Positions 8,571 to 19,276 of a stretch of 50,978 nucleotides of DNA are shown here, piece by piece. Each line of letters begins with the position of its first letter. Position 1 is the stretch's first letter. Source of the DNA: a virus (Duplodnaviria > Caudoviricetes). The position numbers and the translations under genes were made by a program. The notes below the pieces were generated by a model that ran no database searches, had not been told where the DNA came from, and saw nothing but the letters and a program-made list of their open reading frames with translations. The stretch spans positions 1-50,978 of IMG/VR virus record IMGVR_UViG_3300023223_000589, one strand, 5' to 3'.

Positions 8571-9626
8571 ATGACAATAAACACTATTCTTACTCGAAAA
8601 GCTGTAGAGACATACGAAGATAGGGTTGTCCCTACAAATTTCTTTACTTCTATGTATGGCCGTAAAACGCCTACAGAACAACTTATTCTTAGTTACGATA
8701 TCAAACGTAAGTTGGAACGGGTTGCGGTTGACGTGGCGCCTGGAACTGGCCCTAAAAACATCCGTAAACTAGAACCGTTTACAAACAAAGAATATCAGGC
8801 CCCGGCATATGATGAGGCTTTTGAATTCAATGCAAACGAGTTTAAAAAACGTGCGTTCGGTCAAACTTCATATACACCAATTCAAAAAGCTGCAAGGTTT
8901 ATTGAGTTTGTTAATAAGAGTTGGAATGAAAGTACTGAGATGATTGAAAGGGCTATTGAGCTTCAGTGCGTGAATGCTTTGCTTGATGGTAAATTGACCC
9001 TTTCAAATGGTGATGAGATCGATTTTAATCAAAAATCCTCACACCAAATCACCGGCACAGATTGGACCATTGTCGGAAATAATATTCTTGCAAACCTTCA
9101 GACCGGATTAGACCTTATCCGCTCTGATGGAAAAGGCACTGGCGATGTTTTTGTTGGTGGCAAGTCTATGATCGAAGGTATTTTGTCTAATACTACCATT
9201 AAAGATCGTGCCGATATTCGCCGCATTGATTCCGTCAACATTAGTAGACCAGCTTTTAACGATGCCGGCGCTGCATTTCACGGCCTTTTAACGGTGGGAT
9301 CTTATACCATTGAGCTTTGGAGTTATCCGCAGTCTTACGAGGATGCTGCAGATGCCACTCAGGATTATTTAGGCGATAAACAATCTATTCTTATGGACAG
9401 TCGTGCGAGAATGGATTTGAATTTCACTGGTATTGATCGTTTTACAAGCGGTAACGTGGAAGGAACAATGTTGGCGGGAATCCCACTGGTAGAATCAAGT
9501 ATGGTCGAGTTTTTCCCATATTCTGTAATGGATAAATACGGGTTTAACATCCAAACTGGCGTTGAGAGCCACCCTTTGGCCGTACCTGTTGCAATTGATA
9601 AAGTCGTTGTTATTACCTCTGATTAA
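8571..9626 (+). CDS. Major capsid protein (lambda gpE family)
   Basis: 351 aa; IERAIELQCVNAL, IDF, ESHPLAVP motifs; synteny. Confidence 0.9.
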   Translation: MTINTILTRKAVETYEDRVVPTNFFTSMYGRKTPTEQLILSYDIKRKLERVAVDVAPGTGPKNIRKLEPFTNKEYQAPAYDEAFEFNANEFKKRAFGQTSYTPIQKAARFIEFVNKSWNESTEMIERAIELQCVNALLDGKLTLSNGDEIDFNQKSSHQITGTDWTIVGNNILANLQTGLDLIRSDGKGTGDVFVGGKSMIEGILSNTTIKDRADIRRIDSVNISRPAFNDAGAAFHGLLTVGSYTIELWSYPQSYEDAADATQDYLGDKQSILMDSRARMDLNFTGIDRFTSGNVEGTMLAGIPLVESSMVEFFPYSVMDKYGFNIQTGVESHPLAVPVAIDKVVVITSD

Positions 9627-9636
9627 GAAAGTAATT

Positions 9637-9885
9637 ATGAATTCAAAAACTTTTAAAATTATTAAGAATACAAAGATAACCACACGAAACGGTGTTGCCT
9701 CCATGGGTGACACCGTTAATTCTGGTGATGTTGTCAACCCCGGCTGTCTGCCAGGTATGCTAAAAAATAAAGAGATCGAAGAAGTCAAAAAAGCTGACAC
9801 AAAGATTTCTGAAAAGAAGGCTGAAACCACCACTGTCAAGAAAACCAAAAAGAAAGCTTCAAAAAAGCCTGAAGATTCTGAGTAA
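9637..9885 (+). CDS. Small Lys-rich capsid-associated protein (gpFI position)
   Basis: Synteny after the major capsid gene. Confidence 0.55.
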   Translation: MNSKTFKIIKNTKITTRNGVASMGDTVNSGDVVNPGCLPGMLKNKEIEEVKKADTKISEKKAETTTVKKTKKKASKKPEDSE

Positions 9886-9890
9886 GTAAG

Positions 9891-10241
9891 ATGGTTGGCG
9901 AGTTGAGAGCCCAGGCGATTGTTGACCTGAAACAGACGATCCAATCAGAGTTTGGCCAAAACATAAGAATTGCTACTGATCAACAAGATTCAGAATTTCA
10001 AACTTTTATAGGCAACTCAAACGATATCTACACAGCCATTGACCCAGAAACTAACCAGATAATCACGGGTCGAAGCGTTCACGCTGTTTTTGTTTTAAAG
10101 GAAGTCCAAGACTTTTTTGATACATTACCTAAAAAGAAATGGCGGGTACAGTTTATTGATATTTCCCCGGGTGAATTTGCAGTAAAAGAAATCAGACCCG
10201 ATGCCTCTTTAGGCGTTCTTGTACTGATCATAGGTAATTAA
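9891..10241 (+). CDS. Head-tail joining protein (gpFII-like)
   Basis: Synteny, size, beta-rich. Confidence 0.6.
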   Translation: MVGELRAQAIVDLKQTIQSEFGQNIRIATDQQDSEFQTFIGNSNDIYTAIDPETNQIITGRSVHAVFVLKEVQDFFDTLPKKKWRVQFIDISPGEFAVKEIRPDASLGVLVLIIGN

Positions 10242-10242
10242 T

Positions 10243-11265
10243 ATGGTAGATGATCCTATTCCCTATCTACCCAAATCAAATTTAGAAATAATACTTGATC
10301 AGATTGTTGACATTTTGCAATTTGAAGCCGCCAATCAAATTACGCAGGGGAACGAATTGGCAAAGGCTAAGGGAACTTTAACTTTAGATACTCAACCCTT
10401 AAACGGTGATGATTTCACAGTAGGAGCAAAGCCTTATACCTTAGAGGACACGTTAACAAATGTTGATGGACACATAAAAAGAGGCGTTGATTTGGCCGCT
10501 ACCCAGGCAAATATAATAGCCGCCTTTGATTTAAGTGGGGTTGCTGGCACTGATTACGCTACCCTAATGACGGCGAACACGGATGTAGATATTGAGGCAT
10601 TTAAGACTGACCAGGCTGTTTTAGCGGCTAAATTGTCAGGCGTGGACGGGAATGCCATTGCAACCACTTCAAATTTCACAGAGCCAACAAATAAATTTGA
10701 CGCTCTTACTTTGGGAACCACTCAAACCGGTTTTGAATACGATGCTTCAGAAGATGATTTTTCAGTCGTAAAGGAATTACATACAAGAATTTCAGAGCAT
10801 GATTTTAAACAGAGCGCCAACGGTTTAAATAAGACCCTTGTAAATGTGTATTTTATGACCAGTGACACAGACCCAAAAACTCAGAAGGTGGGCAAGGTTT
10901 TTAAGCCCGATTTTCATATAGATTGTTACGCCAAAAGGCCTACGGATGATAACGATGAGGGCTTAACAAAGGCAAGTTTGAAGGTTCATAGAACAATGAT
11001 GCAAGTATCAAGAATTTTATATGATCCCAGATATGAAAGATTAGGGATTTCATATAGGGATTCTAACAATGAACTGGTACAATTTATACAGAAGCGCAGC
11101 ATAACCTCACTCCAAAAGTTTCAACCAGAAGAAGCCGCTGGAGCCGTTGAAAATATTATAGCGGTTAGGGTTGTTTTGCACGTTGAGTTAGTAGAAACAT
11201 TAAGTGATATACCCGGGAACGATCTAGAATTAGTGAATTCTCTGGTTACAGCAGAAACCCAATAA
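10243..11265 (+). CDS. Tail terminator/neck protein with inserted ~123-aa domain
   Basis: Directly upstream of sheath; insertion paralogous to a sheath segment. Confidence 0.6.
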   Translation: MVDDPIPYLPKSNLEIILDQIVDILQFEAANQITQGNELAKAKGTLTLDTQPLNGDDFTVGAKPYTLEDTLTNVDGHIKRGVDLAATQANIIAAFDLSGVAGTDYATLMTANTDVDIEAFKTDQAVLAAKLSGVDGNAIATTSNFTEPTNKFDALTLGTTQTGFEYDASEDDFSVVKELHTRISEHDFKQSANGLNKTLVNVYFMTSDTDPKTQKVGKVFKPDFHIDCYAKRPTDDNDEGLTKASLKVHRTMMQVSRILYDPRYERLGISYRDSNNELVQFIQKRSITSLQKFQPEEAAGAVENIIAVRVVLHVELVETLSDIPGNDLELVNSLVTAETQ

Positions 11266-11277
11266 CGGAGGTTTAAA

Positions 11278-13140
11278 ATGGTTGGAATTAGTCAAGCTTT
11301 CCCAAACAACAGCACTGCTTCAGGAACAGGCATTAAGACAAACAATGCGCAGTTTGCACAATTGCCGTCGGTTTTACCGGTTAGAGTTGCCCTTTTGGGT
11401 CAACATGGAACAGGTGTAATTCCCGCCAATAATGGTTTTGAATACGATAAGCCTAAAGCGATAACAAGCCCCGAAGACGCCGCCGCAATTTTTGGATTTG
11501 GTAGCCCTATACATATTGCCGCAAGAGTTCTTTATAACTCAAAAAACAGCATTGCAAATATTCCGCTTGATGTTTTTGCCATTAAAGAATCTGATACGGG
11601 TAAATCTAAAGGTACTTTGACTCTAGATACTAATCCGGCTGATGCCAAAACAATGACAGTTGACGCCAAGGTTTATATTTTTAAAACAACCCCAACCGTT
11701 GACGGTGACATTCAAATAGGCGTTGACATAGCCGCAACCCAAGCAAATCTTGTAGCCGCTTTTGATTTAAGTGGTGTGGCTGGTGTGCAATATGCCCCCG
11801 CTATGTCAGCTCACCCCACGGTAGACATAGCCGCTTTTATTGGTGACGATGCAATTTTGACAGCAAAAAACAGTGGAGTGGCCGGTGATGCTATTGCCAC
11901 TACGGACACATTCACAGCCGGAGCAAATGGATTTGATGCGGTCACTTTGGGAACCACCCAAGCCGGCGCAAATACAACTTCCGCCGGTGCCGTTGCATTC
12001 GTTGGAACACAGACACAAAATGCAAGCTACACTTTGACAATCGGAAGTGAGCAAATACCTTTTACTCTTGTAAAGGATACAACCGCCACAGAAGCCGCCA
12101 CTTTAGTAAAATCTTTAATTGATGGTTTGGCAAGGCTCCCCGTAACGGCTGGAACCATTGCCGCCGATTCAATCCCTCTTACTGCCAGGTGGGCCGGTCT
12201 TACTGGTGATGAAATTGGAATTGAAATTTCTGGTCTTTCTCAAGGCATCGCCATTATACCTACGGCAATGTCAGGCGGGGCGGGTTCCCCACTTGTTACC
12301 GGGGCTCTGGATAACTTTCAAGAAAAATATACAGTAGTTGTTAATCAATTTGATGACGCCGCAAACCTTAACGCTCTCGAAGCTAAGAACGAAGTTTTTT
12401 GGACGGCGTTAGAATCACGTCCTTTTATAGCTTATTATGGCAGTAAGGAAACAAGCGCCACCGCTGTAATCATAGACACCGATGCCCGTTTAAATGAGCG
12501 TACAAACTCAAAGTTTCCAATCCCAGGAAGCCCAAGTGTGCATATTGAAATAGCTTCCAGTGCTGCCGCTGTTGTGGCCATTACGAGTAATGGTAATCCA
12601 CCGAAACCATATGTTGAAGCTATTGTTTACGGAGTGTTGCCAGGTAATGCTTCAGTAGTACAGTGGACTTATGCAGAGCGTGACCTGATCAACAAGGGCG
12701 GTTGTTCAACATCATTTTTTGATGACGGGGTTATAAGAATAGCTGATTTGCTAACTACTTTTCACCCCGCCGGCGTTGAGAATCCAGGTTATAGATACAA
12801 TGTAGATATAGCCAAGGTGCAATTAATTCAAACCGATCTTAGAAAAGGTTTTGGTGGCCCTAATTGGCAAGGTAAAATTCTCGTTCCTGATGATGCCGCT
12901 GTAACAAACCCTGAAGCAAGAAAGCCAAATTCGGCCAAGGCCTTAGTTTTTGGTTTGATTGATGCTTGGGGAGCTTTAGGGGTCATTGCAGATGTTGATT
13001 TTTCAAAAGACAATACCTTGGCTGAAATTGATCCATCAAATGCGAACCGTTTAAATGTTGTCGTTCCTGTCATCCTTAGTGGAGCGGTACGAATCAGAAG
13101 CATTGATTTAGAATTTAGTACTGAAGTAACAGGAGCTTAA
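11278..13140 (+). CDS. Contractile tail sheath (Mu gpL-like)
   Basis: VALLGQ, FGFGSPIH, LPVTA, MSGGAG, DPSNANRLNV motifs. Confidence 0.92.
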   Translation: MVGISQAFPNNSTASGTGIKTNNAQFAQLPSVLPVRVALLGQHGTGVIPANNGFEYDKPKAITSPEDAAAIFGFGSPIHIAARVLYNSKNSIANIPLDVFAIKESDTGKSKGTLTLDTNPADAKTMTVDAKVYIFKTTPTVDGDIQIGVDIAATQANLVAAFDLSGVAGVQYAPAMSAHPTVDIAAFIGDDAILTAKNSGVAGDAIATTDTFTAGANGFDAVTLGTTQAGANTTSAGAVAFVGTQTQNASYTLTIGSEQIPFTLVKDTTATEAATLVKSLIDGLARLPVTAGTIAADSIPLTARWAGLTGDEIGIEISGLSQGIAIIPTAMSGGAGSPLVTGALDNFQEKYTVVVNQFDDAANLNALEAKNEVFWTALESRPFIAYYGSKETSATAVIIDTDARLNERTNSKFPIPGSPSVHIEIASSAAAVVAITSNGNPPKPYVEAIVYGVLPGNASVVQWTYAERDLINKGGCSTSFFDDGVIRIADLLTTFHPAGVENPGYRYNVDIAKVQLIQTDLRKGFGGPNWQGKILVPDDAAVTNPEARKPNSAKALVFGLIDAWGALGVIADVDFSKDNTLAEIDPSNANRLNVVVPVILSGAVRIRSIDLEFSTEVTGA

Positions 13141-13142
13141 TT

Positions 13143-13523
13143 ATGGCACAGGTAGGCGGAAGCATAACAGAAATCACTCTTAACGGTCGTCCCTTTAGTG
13201 TTGACGCAGAATCCGACATTGGTAAGAAGCTACAGAAGCACGAAAACGAGCTAAAGGCCAACGGTAATGGTACAACTCGACTTATCAAAAAGAATGTACC
13301 ACAGATGATTGATGGCGTTGCCATAGCTATTGACAATTCTTTAGGGGATTTTGAGTTTTTAAAGGGTCTAAACGATGCTTTTGTTTTGTTTGATATAACT
13401 ATAGCAGAACCGGATGGAAGTTTTTGGGCTGGTCAAGCTCAGATTACAGGAGAATTTAAAACTCAGAGCCAAGAGGCAACTACGGAAGTAACCTTTATGG
13501 GCCAAAATATCAGAAGACAATAA
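13143..13523 (+). CDS. Tail tube protein
   Basis: 126 aa immediately after sheath. Confidence 0.8.
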   Translation: MAQVGGSITEITLNGRPFSVDAESDIGKKLQKHENELKANGNGTTRLIKKNVPQMIDGVAIAIDNSLGDFEFLKGLNDAFVLFDITIAEPDGSFWAGQAQITGEFKTQSQEATTEVTFMGQNIRRQ

Positions 13524-13550
13524 TAAACATAACTTTTTAGGAGAAGTGAT

Positions 13551-13994
13551 ATGGCAGAAAATGAAGGGGCTACAGCCTCAGATAAAATAGATATGGACAT
13601 GGACACAGCCCAAGAAGAATTTGATCGTCTTTGTGTGTCTTGGAACTTGTCAACCGAATATGACGCTGTAGATGCGGAAAGCGTTAGAAGCCTTTTACAA
13701 TACATTCAAAAAGGTGTTTTAGTTGTTGCTACTGGCAAAGGTGAAAAACTTGTTTTACAACACAATCTATTTGAACCACTCACTAAAGACGGCGGTATGC
13801 AACAAATTACATACAAGTATATTATCACTGAGGATATTATGTCTTTAGATAATATAGAAGTTCAAAAAAGCTTTGCTAAAAATGTTGAACTTATTAACGC
13901 TCTATCTGGAACACAAAGAAACCTTGTGAAAAGAATGCACTTGAAAGATCTAAGTATAGGCGGGGCGGTGGGTGCGCTTTTTTTAGTATATTAG
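13551..13994 (+). CDS. Tail assembly chaperone (G), with -1 frameshift product (GT) ending at 14170
   Basis: In-frame slippery T TTT TTA at 13979-13985; -1 frame open to TAG at 14170. Confidence 0.8.
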   Translation: MAENEGATASDKIDMDMDTAQEEFDRLCVSWNLSTEYDAVDAESVRSLLQYIQKGVLVVATGKGEKLVLQHNLFEPLTKDGGMQQITYKYIITEDIMSLDNIEVQKSFAKNVELINALSGTQRNLVKRMHLKDLSIGGAVGALFLVY

Positions 13995-14162
13995 CCTGTA
14001 GGGATTGGAAGAAAAATTTAGTAAGTCTGATTTCCGCCGGCTTTACAAACATAGAACAACTCGAAAAGCTTAACGTTTTTAAGTTGCAACAATGGGCGGA
14101 TTTAGTTGAACAAGCCTCAGTAAATAACAAGGTTCAACTGCAGAAGATGATGGATAAAACAG

Positions 14163-15788
14163 ATGGCTAGAAATCTGGCGGTTGCTACTGAGTTTCGGGG
14201 TTTTGACAAGATGTCAAAGCCTCTTAGAAATATCACTAGTAAACTAGATAAGATTGACCGCCGCCTAAGAAGAGTCCAAAAAACATCTAAAAGAACTTCA
14301 TCAAGCGTAGCCGCTTCATTTGGAAAAATGGCCGTGGGGATAGGTGGTTTTCTACTGGCATTCAGGGGTTTTAGGCTGGTCAAAGATGGCCTTTTAACCA
14401 CTACAAAAGCCGCTTCAGATTTATTCGAAGAACAGATGAAGCTTAATACGGTTTTTGAGAATGTTAAAGAGCCGGCAAATGCAATGCGGGATAATCTCGT
14501 AAGTGCGTATAATTTTTCCAAAAAAGAAGCTACTCAATTATTAGCTGCAACCGGTGATTTGTTGGTTGGTTTTGGCTTTCAAGAAGATAAGGCCTTAGAA
14601 TTATCTGGGGCGGTTCAGACATTAGCGGCTGACCTAGTGTCTTTTGGTAATATTGAAGGGGGCGTTGAACGTGCTTCTCGCTCATTGACCAAGGCCTTGT
14701 TTGGCGAGGTTGAATCTGCCAAATTATTAGGCATTGTCATAAAGCAAGATGAGGTAAATAGTATTTTGGCCGCTAAGGGACAGAAAAAATTGACCGGCCA
14801 AGCATTATTAGCGGCTCAGGCCCAGGCTAGATTTGACATAGCTTTAAGACAATCTTCTAAAGCTATTGGTGACGTAGCTAGAAACCAAGGAACTTACGCT
14901 TCAAATGTCCGGTTAATGGAATCAAGAATGTCTGATTTTTCCGCTGAAATTGGCGAAGCATTTTTGCCAGTTATGAATGTTCTTTTAGCAAGATTCATCC
15001 AAGGCGCCCAATTTATAGGTAAATTTGCCAAGGAAAATAAAAAGGCTATATCAAACGCTTTTATTACAGGCCTTCAATTTGCCATTAAAGGATTTGGCTT
15101 ATTAATCAGATTTGGCGGCGGTCTTGCTTTGACCTTTAAAGCGGTTCAATCAATATTTAGTAAATTTATATCGTTGGGTGTTGGCGGCGTTTCATTATTA
15201 CTAGAAACTTTTAGCGGTCTTGGCAACGGTGTGGCCACCGTTTTCGGATTCATCCAAAAGACAATAACCACCGTTTTAGGGGGGATACTGGGCGCCGCCT
15301 CAACGGTTGCCGGGGTGTTTGACGATGAATTGGCAGACTCTATAGATGCAGCCCAAAAGAAAATCGATTCATTTTCAGCCGATGACTTTTCAGCCGCTTT
15401 TAAAGAGATTCAAAACGGCGCCTTGTCAACATCTAAAGACTTGGATAAATTTAATAAGGCCTCAGAGGCGGTGCGTTCTGGTTATGAAAAAGATATTCAA
15501 TCTATCGAGGTCAATACAATGATGGCCCAAAATGCTGTGGATAGATTTGCCAACAACCTTGATTCTGTAAGAAATCAAACCGTTAATGATATTCAAGCAA
15601 ATAAGACCGTTATTCAACCGGACCAAACTGACCCCGTGGGAAATTCCACCCCTTCCGCCGCAATCATTGGATCAGCTCAGATACAGGGCCAAATAGATGT
15701 TAACTTTAATAACAAGCCTGATAACGTGGATGTTGTAAGGCCTTCAGGAAACCCCGATTCAGGTTTAGTTTTAGGCGGGAGCGGTTGA
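14163..15788 (+). CDS. Tape measure protein
   Basis: Ala/Gly-rich helical 541 aa, follows the chaperone. Confidence 0.9.
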   Translation: MARNLAVATEFRGFDKMSKPLRNITSKLDKIDRRLRRVQKTSKRTSSSVAASFGKMAVGIGGFLLAFRGFRLVKDGLLTTTKAASDLFEEQMKLNTVFENVKEPANAMRDNLVSAYNFSKKEATQLLAATGDLLVGFGFQEDKALELSGAVQTLAADLVSFGNIEGGVERASRSLTKALFGEVESAKLLGIVIKQDEVNSILAAKGQKKLTGQALLAAQAQARFDIALRQSSKAIGDVARNQGTYASNVRLMESRMSDFSAEIGEAFLPVMNVLLARFIQGAQFIGKFAKENKKAISNAFITGLQFAIKGFGLLIRFGGGLALTFKAVQSIFSKFISLGVGGVSLLLETFSGLGNGVATVFGFIQKTITTVLGGILGAASTVAGVFDDELADSIDAAQKKIDSFSADDFSAAFKEIQNGALSTSKDLDKFNKASEAVRSGYEKDIQSIEVNTMMAQNAVDRFANNLDSVRNQTVNDIQANKTVIQPDQTDPVGNSTPSAAIIGSAQIQGQIDVNFNNKPDNVDVVRPSGNPDSGLVLGGSG

Positions 15789-15789
15789 T

Positions 15790-17052
15790 ATGAGTTATGA
15801 AGACAGGATAAAAAAAGCCCTTTATACAAGCGCCACCGGTAGAGTTATAGATTTTTCAGATGGATGGGATGAGGCGGAAGAAAGCTTTGATCATAGGGCT
15901 TCTGTGTTTAGATTTCCAAAAGTTGAAGGCGCTTTTGTGTCAAGTCAGGGCACCGGGGAAAGCCGTTTTCCAATTGAGATGTTTATCCACGGTGAAGATT
16001 ACGATATTGAAGCCGCTGAAGTTATGGAGATTTTAAAGGAAACTGGTAATGGAGTCTTAGAACATCCCATATACGGGAGAAAAACAGTACAACCTACAAA
16101 TGTAAAACGAAAAGACAACCCGACAACCAACGGCGGACAGGCAATAATATCTGTTTTGTTTATAGAAAGCACACCTTTATCATTCCCAGGCACTGAAGAA
16201 GATATTAAAAAAAGGCTGGAAGAGTTACAAAATAGTTTCGATGACGTGACCCCCTCAGAATATGCCCTGCAAAGGCGTGACGATTCAGCCTTAGACTCAT
16301 CAAATATACAGGCCCGGTTTGATACGGCTTTAACATCTATCAATGATTTCATGGCCCCGGTAGCTGAGTTAAGCGATACTGTGAATGCTCAATTCAATGC
16401 CATTAGTTTAAGTATTAATAATGGGCTTACTACTTTGGTTGGCAAGCCCCTTGTTTTGGCCTCCCAATTCATAGCCTTAATAAAAACGCCTGGTAGGGTA
16501 GCCCAATCACTCGATTTAAGGATACTTGGATACACGGGATTGGCCCAAAGCTTAAGGGAACGGGCCACAATAACAAGTATCAGCAACGACTCAAGAAACA
16601 GCCTATTGGAAAATAGTTTTCTATTAGCCTCCACCGTGGCAGCGTTGGCCGAAACTTTACTATTGGAAAACTTCTTTACGAAATCAGAAGCTTTAACAGC
16701 GGCCAATTCTTTAATACTATTACACAATACGAATAGAGACTTCCTTGAAACTGAGCAAACAAAATTTGAAGGGTCACCGCTGGAACTACTTTTATATGGT
16801 GATAGTCAGAACACAAAAACGCTAAATGAAATCGTACAAATAACAGCTTCAAAACTTGCTGACCTATCTTTTAATTTAAGGCAAGAAAGAGTATTTACAA
16901 CCGCTTCAGATAGAACGATTATAGATTTAACTTTTGAGCTTTACGGCGATATCACTCTAGAAAATATTGATCTATTAATAAGTTCTAATAATTTGACAGG
17001 TAATGAAATTATTTTGATACCGAGAAATAGAGAAATTATTTACTATGTCTAA
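15790..17052 (+). CDS. Tail/DNA circularization protein (Mu gpN-like)
   Basis: GNGVLEHPIYG motif; follows tape measure. Confidence 0.85.
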   Translation: MSYEDRIKKALYTSATGRVIDFSDGWDEAEESFDHRASVFRFPKVEGAFVSSQGTGESRFPIEMFIHGEDYDIEAAEVMEILKETGNGVLEHPIYGRKTVQPTNVKRKDNPTTNGGQAIISVLFIESTPLSFPGTEEDIKKRLEELQNSFDDVTPSEYALQRRDDSALDSSNIQARFDTALTSINDFMAPVAELSDTVNAQFNAISLSINNGLTTLVGKPLVLASQFIALIKTPGRVAQSLDLRILGYTGLAQSLRERATITSISNDSRNSLLENSFLLASTVAALAETLLLENFFTKSEALTAANSLILLHNTNRDFLETEQTKFEGSPLELLLYGDSQNTKTLNEIVQITASKLADLSFNLRQERVFTTASDRTIIDLTFELYGDITLENIDLLISSNNLTGNEIILIPRNREIIYYV

Positions 17053-18304
17053 GAGAAGGGTCTACACCGTAGTACAAGGCGACACCGTAGAAGATTTGGC
17101 GGCTAGATTTTACGGCGTACCTTCACTGTATCCAAAGATAGTCGAGGCTAACCCGTTCATTGCAGGGCGTGAGGGAAGTGAAATATTTGAAAGTGAAGTT
17201 TTAACCATACCTGATATTTCAGAGACTGATGATCAAAGTGAGGATGACGGTACTGATGATGTGACTATTATAATTGATGAAGTAATATTCCCTAACTTTT
17301 CCGGCTTTAACTTAAAGCTTAGTATGGATAAAGTTGCGGATGAGTTTAATTTTTTTACTGTTTGGAATCCAGATAATCCAGAACTTAGAAAAACATTTGT
17401 ACCGTACAAATATAATAATGTTGAAGTTTTCATTGGTGGAAAATTAAAGCTAACTGGCAACTTAATAAATCTGGGGCCAGTATCAGAAACAAGTAGCAGA
17501 ACGCTTAACGTTAGCGGTTATAGTAAGTCAGGTATTTTGAATGATTGCAACGTGCCGGTTTCGGCCTATCCATTGGCCTTTAAATCTTTAACACTTATTG
17601 AGATTGCAAAGACCCTAACCCAGCCGTTTAATATAACCGTCACTGATGAAACCGCTGATAGTTTTGTTTTTGAAGAAGTTGATTTAAAGCCCACAGATCA
17701 AGTTTATAGTTTTTTGGCAAAGCTTTGTAAAAAGCGGGGCTCATTGTTGACCAGTTTGCCCAATGGAAATTTAGTTATCCAAAAATCGACCACGGAGAAA
17801 GCGACTATTTCCCTAGTTGAAGGTGCCCCCAATATTTTAGGGATGGCCGTTAATTATCAGGGGCAAAAGGGATTTACCAGTGTTTCAGGGCTATTAAAGG
17901 GAAAGGATACACCGGACCCGGCCACAGATGACAGCTTTACAGAGATAGATAATTTTATGGTAGATGTGTCAGAATCACGGCCCTTAGTTTTTGAGATTGA
18001 TGATATTGGTACGGGTACGCTTCAAGATGCCGTAAAGGCACAGTTAAGAAGGCTTTGGGCTGATCGCATTTCTTACACTGTTTCCATTGAGGGATGGCGT
18101 GATCAGAATGGCCGGTTATGGTCCGACAATACCCGTATAAACGTTGAATACCCTTCTATGATGATTTATAATATCACTGAATTTATCATTAGAGATGTGG
18201 AATTTACACAAGATGACTCAAAAAATATAGCTAAACTGACTTTGGTGCTACCTCAGTCTTATAGCAATGAACCATTAGAGGGGTTACCATGGCTGGAGCA
18301 ATAG
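17045..18304 (+). CDS. Baseplate hub (Mu gp44/P-like) with N-terminal LysM domain
   Basis: YTVVQGDT..LAARFYG..IVEANP LysM; GWRDQNGRLW..N motif. Confidence 0.88.
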   Translation: MSKRRVYTVVQGDTVEDLAARFYGVPSLYPKIVEANPFIAGREGSEIFESEVLTIPDISETDDQSEDDGTDDVTIIIDEVIFPNFSGFNLKLSMDKVADEFNFFTVWNPDNPELRKTFVPYKYNNVEVFIGGKLKLTGNLINLGPVSETSSRTLNVSGYSKSGILNDCNVPVSAYPLAFKSLTLIEIAKTLTQPFNITVTDETADSFVFEEVDLKPTDQVYSFLAKLCKKRGSLLTSLPNGNLVIQKSTTEKATISLVEGAPNILGMAVNYQGQKGFTSVSGLLKGKDTPDPATDDSFTEIDNFMVDVSESRPLVFEIDDIGTGTLQDAVKAQLRRLWADRISYTVSIEGWRDQNGRLWSDNTRINVEYPSMMIYNITEFIIRDVEFTQDDSKNIAKLTLVLPQSYSNEPLEGLPWLEQ

Positions 18305-18831
18305 CAGAACTTGAATCAGTTGATGACGATGGAACCTTAAAGGCCCAGCTTATTAAGTCAATTTCGCACGTCCAAGAATTCACAAATTACAATAATTGGG
18401 GCATTGATTCAGTCCCAAAAATTGGAAGTAAAGTTTATTTACTGCCCTTGGGATCTCAAAATAACAAAATTGGCGTAGGTGTAAGACGGCCCGAAGCTCA
18501 AGCGGTATCAAAACCCGGGGAAACTAGGCTTTATTCTGATTTTGGATCTCAGGTTTATTTGAAGGATGATGGAACAACACAGCTTGACAACGATGGCGGC
18601 GCCAAGATCATACTACGTACAAACGGGAAAGTAGAAATTAACGGAAACTCTAAAAGTACGGTGAAATTTGAGGATTTAAAGGCGGTTTATGACGCTTTAG
18701 TTGTTCATATTGATAGCCACCTTCACCCTGATCCGGTATCGGGGTTTACTGGCGTTCCTACAGTGCCCACCCCGCCCGGGGCAAGCGATATAACCCCCTC
18801 TAAAAATGATACGGTGCTGCTCAATGGCTGA
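18289..18831 (+). CDS. Baseplate spike (Mu gp45-like)
   Basis: GIDSVP, PGETRLYS, C-terminal HLH iron-binding motif. Confidence 0.85.
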   Translation: MAGAIAELESVDDDGTLKAQLIKSISHVQEFTNYNNWGIDSVPKIGSKVYLLPLGSQNNKIGVGVRRPEAQAVSKPGETRLYSDFGSQVYLKDDGTTQLDNDGGAKIILRTNGKVEINGNSKSTVKFEDLKAVYDALVVHIDSHLHPDPVSGFTGVPTVPTPPGASDITPSKNDTVLLNG

Positions 18832-19276
18832 TATATTTGATGGTGATATAGGCCTTTTTAACAAGCAAACCCACGGGGAATTTTCGGTTGAGAACGGACA
18901 GCCCAAGATGGATCAAGGCCTAGAAACCGCAACTTTCATTTCTTTATATAGTGGTAAAACTAATGATTTTTGGGGGAATGAATTATCAGTTAATCCATCT
19001 TTTCACTACGGCGGCGAATATGAGTTGTTAGCTCAGCAATTAAATGCGACTCCAGAGAACGCCTTAAGGCTTATTGAGGCTATAAAAAATGACTTAAATT
19101 GGATGAAAGATGAACAGATAGCAAGTAATATAGTTGTTACGGCTGAAATAATCGGTGCAAAAACTATAAACTTTAGTATTGCCATTTTCCGGCCAAATGA
19201 AGAATCTGTTATTGTTGAGTTTGACAACAATTGGACAGGCCAATTTAGAAACCCAGCCCACGTAGGATTAGAATAA
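18824..19276 (+). CDS. Baseplate protein (Mu gp46-like)
   Basis: GLETATFISL, FWGN, LNWM motifs. Confidence 0.85.
   Translation: MADIFDGDIGLFNKQTHGEFSVENGQPKMDQGLETATFISLYSGKTNDFWGNELSVNPSFHYGGEYELLAQQLNATPENALRLIEAIKNDLNWMKDEQIASNIVVTAEIIGAKTINFSIAIFRPNEESVIVEFDNNWTGQFRNPAHVGLE

Noticed and set aside
10360-11967. Intein or DGR template/variable repeat pair
   Set aside because: No C/S...HN splice motifs, differences are not adenine-specific, and no reverse transcriptase is present
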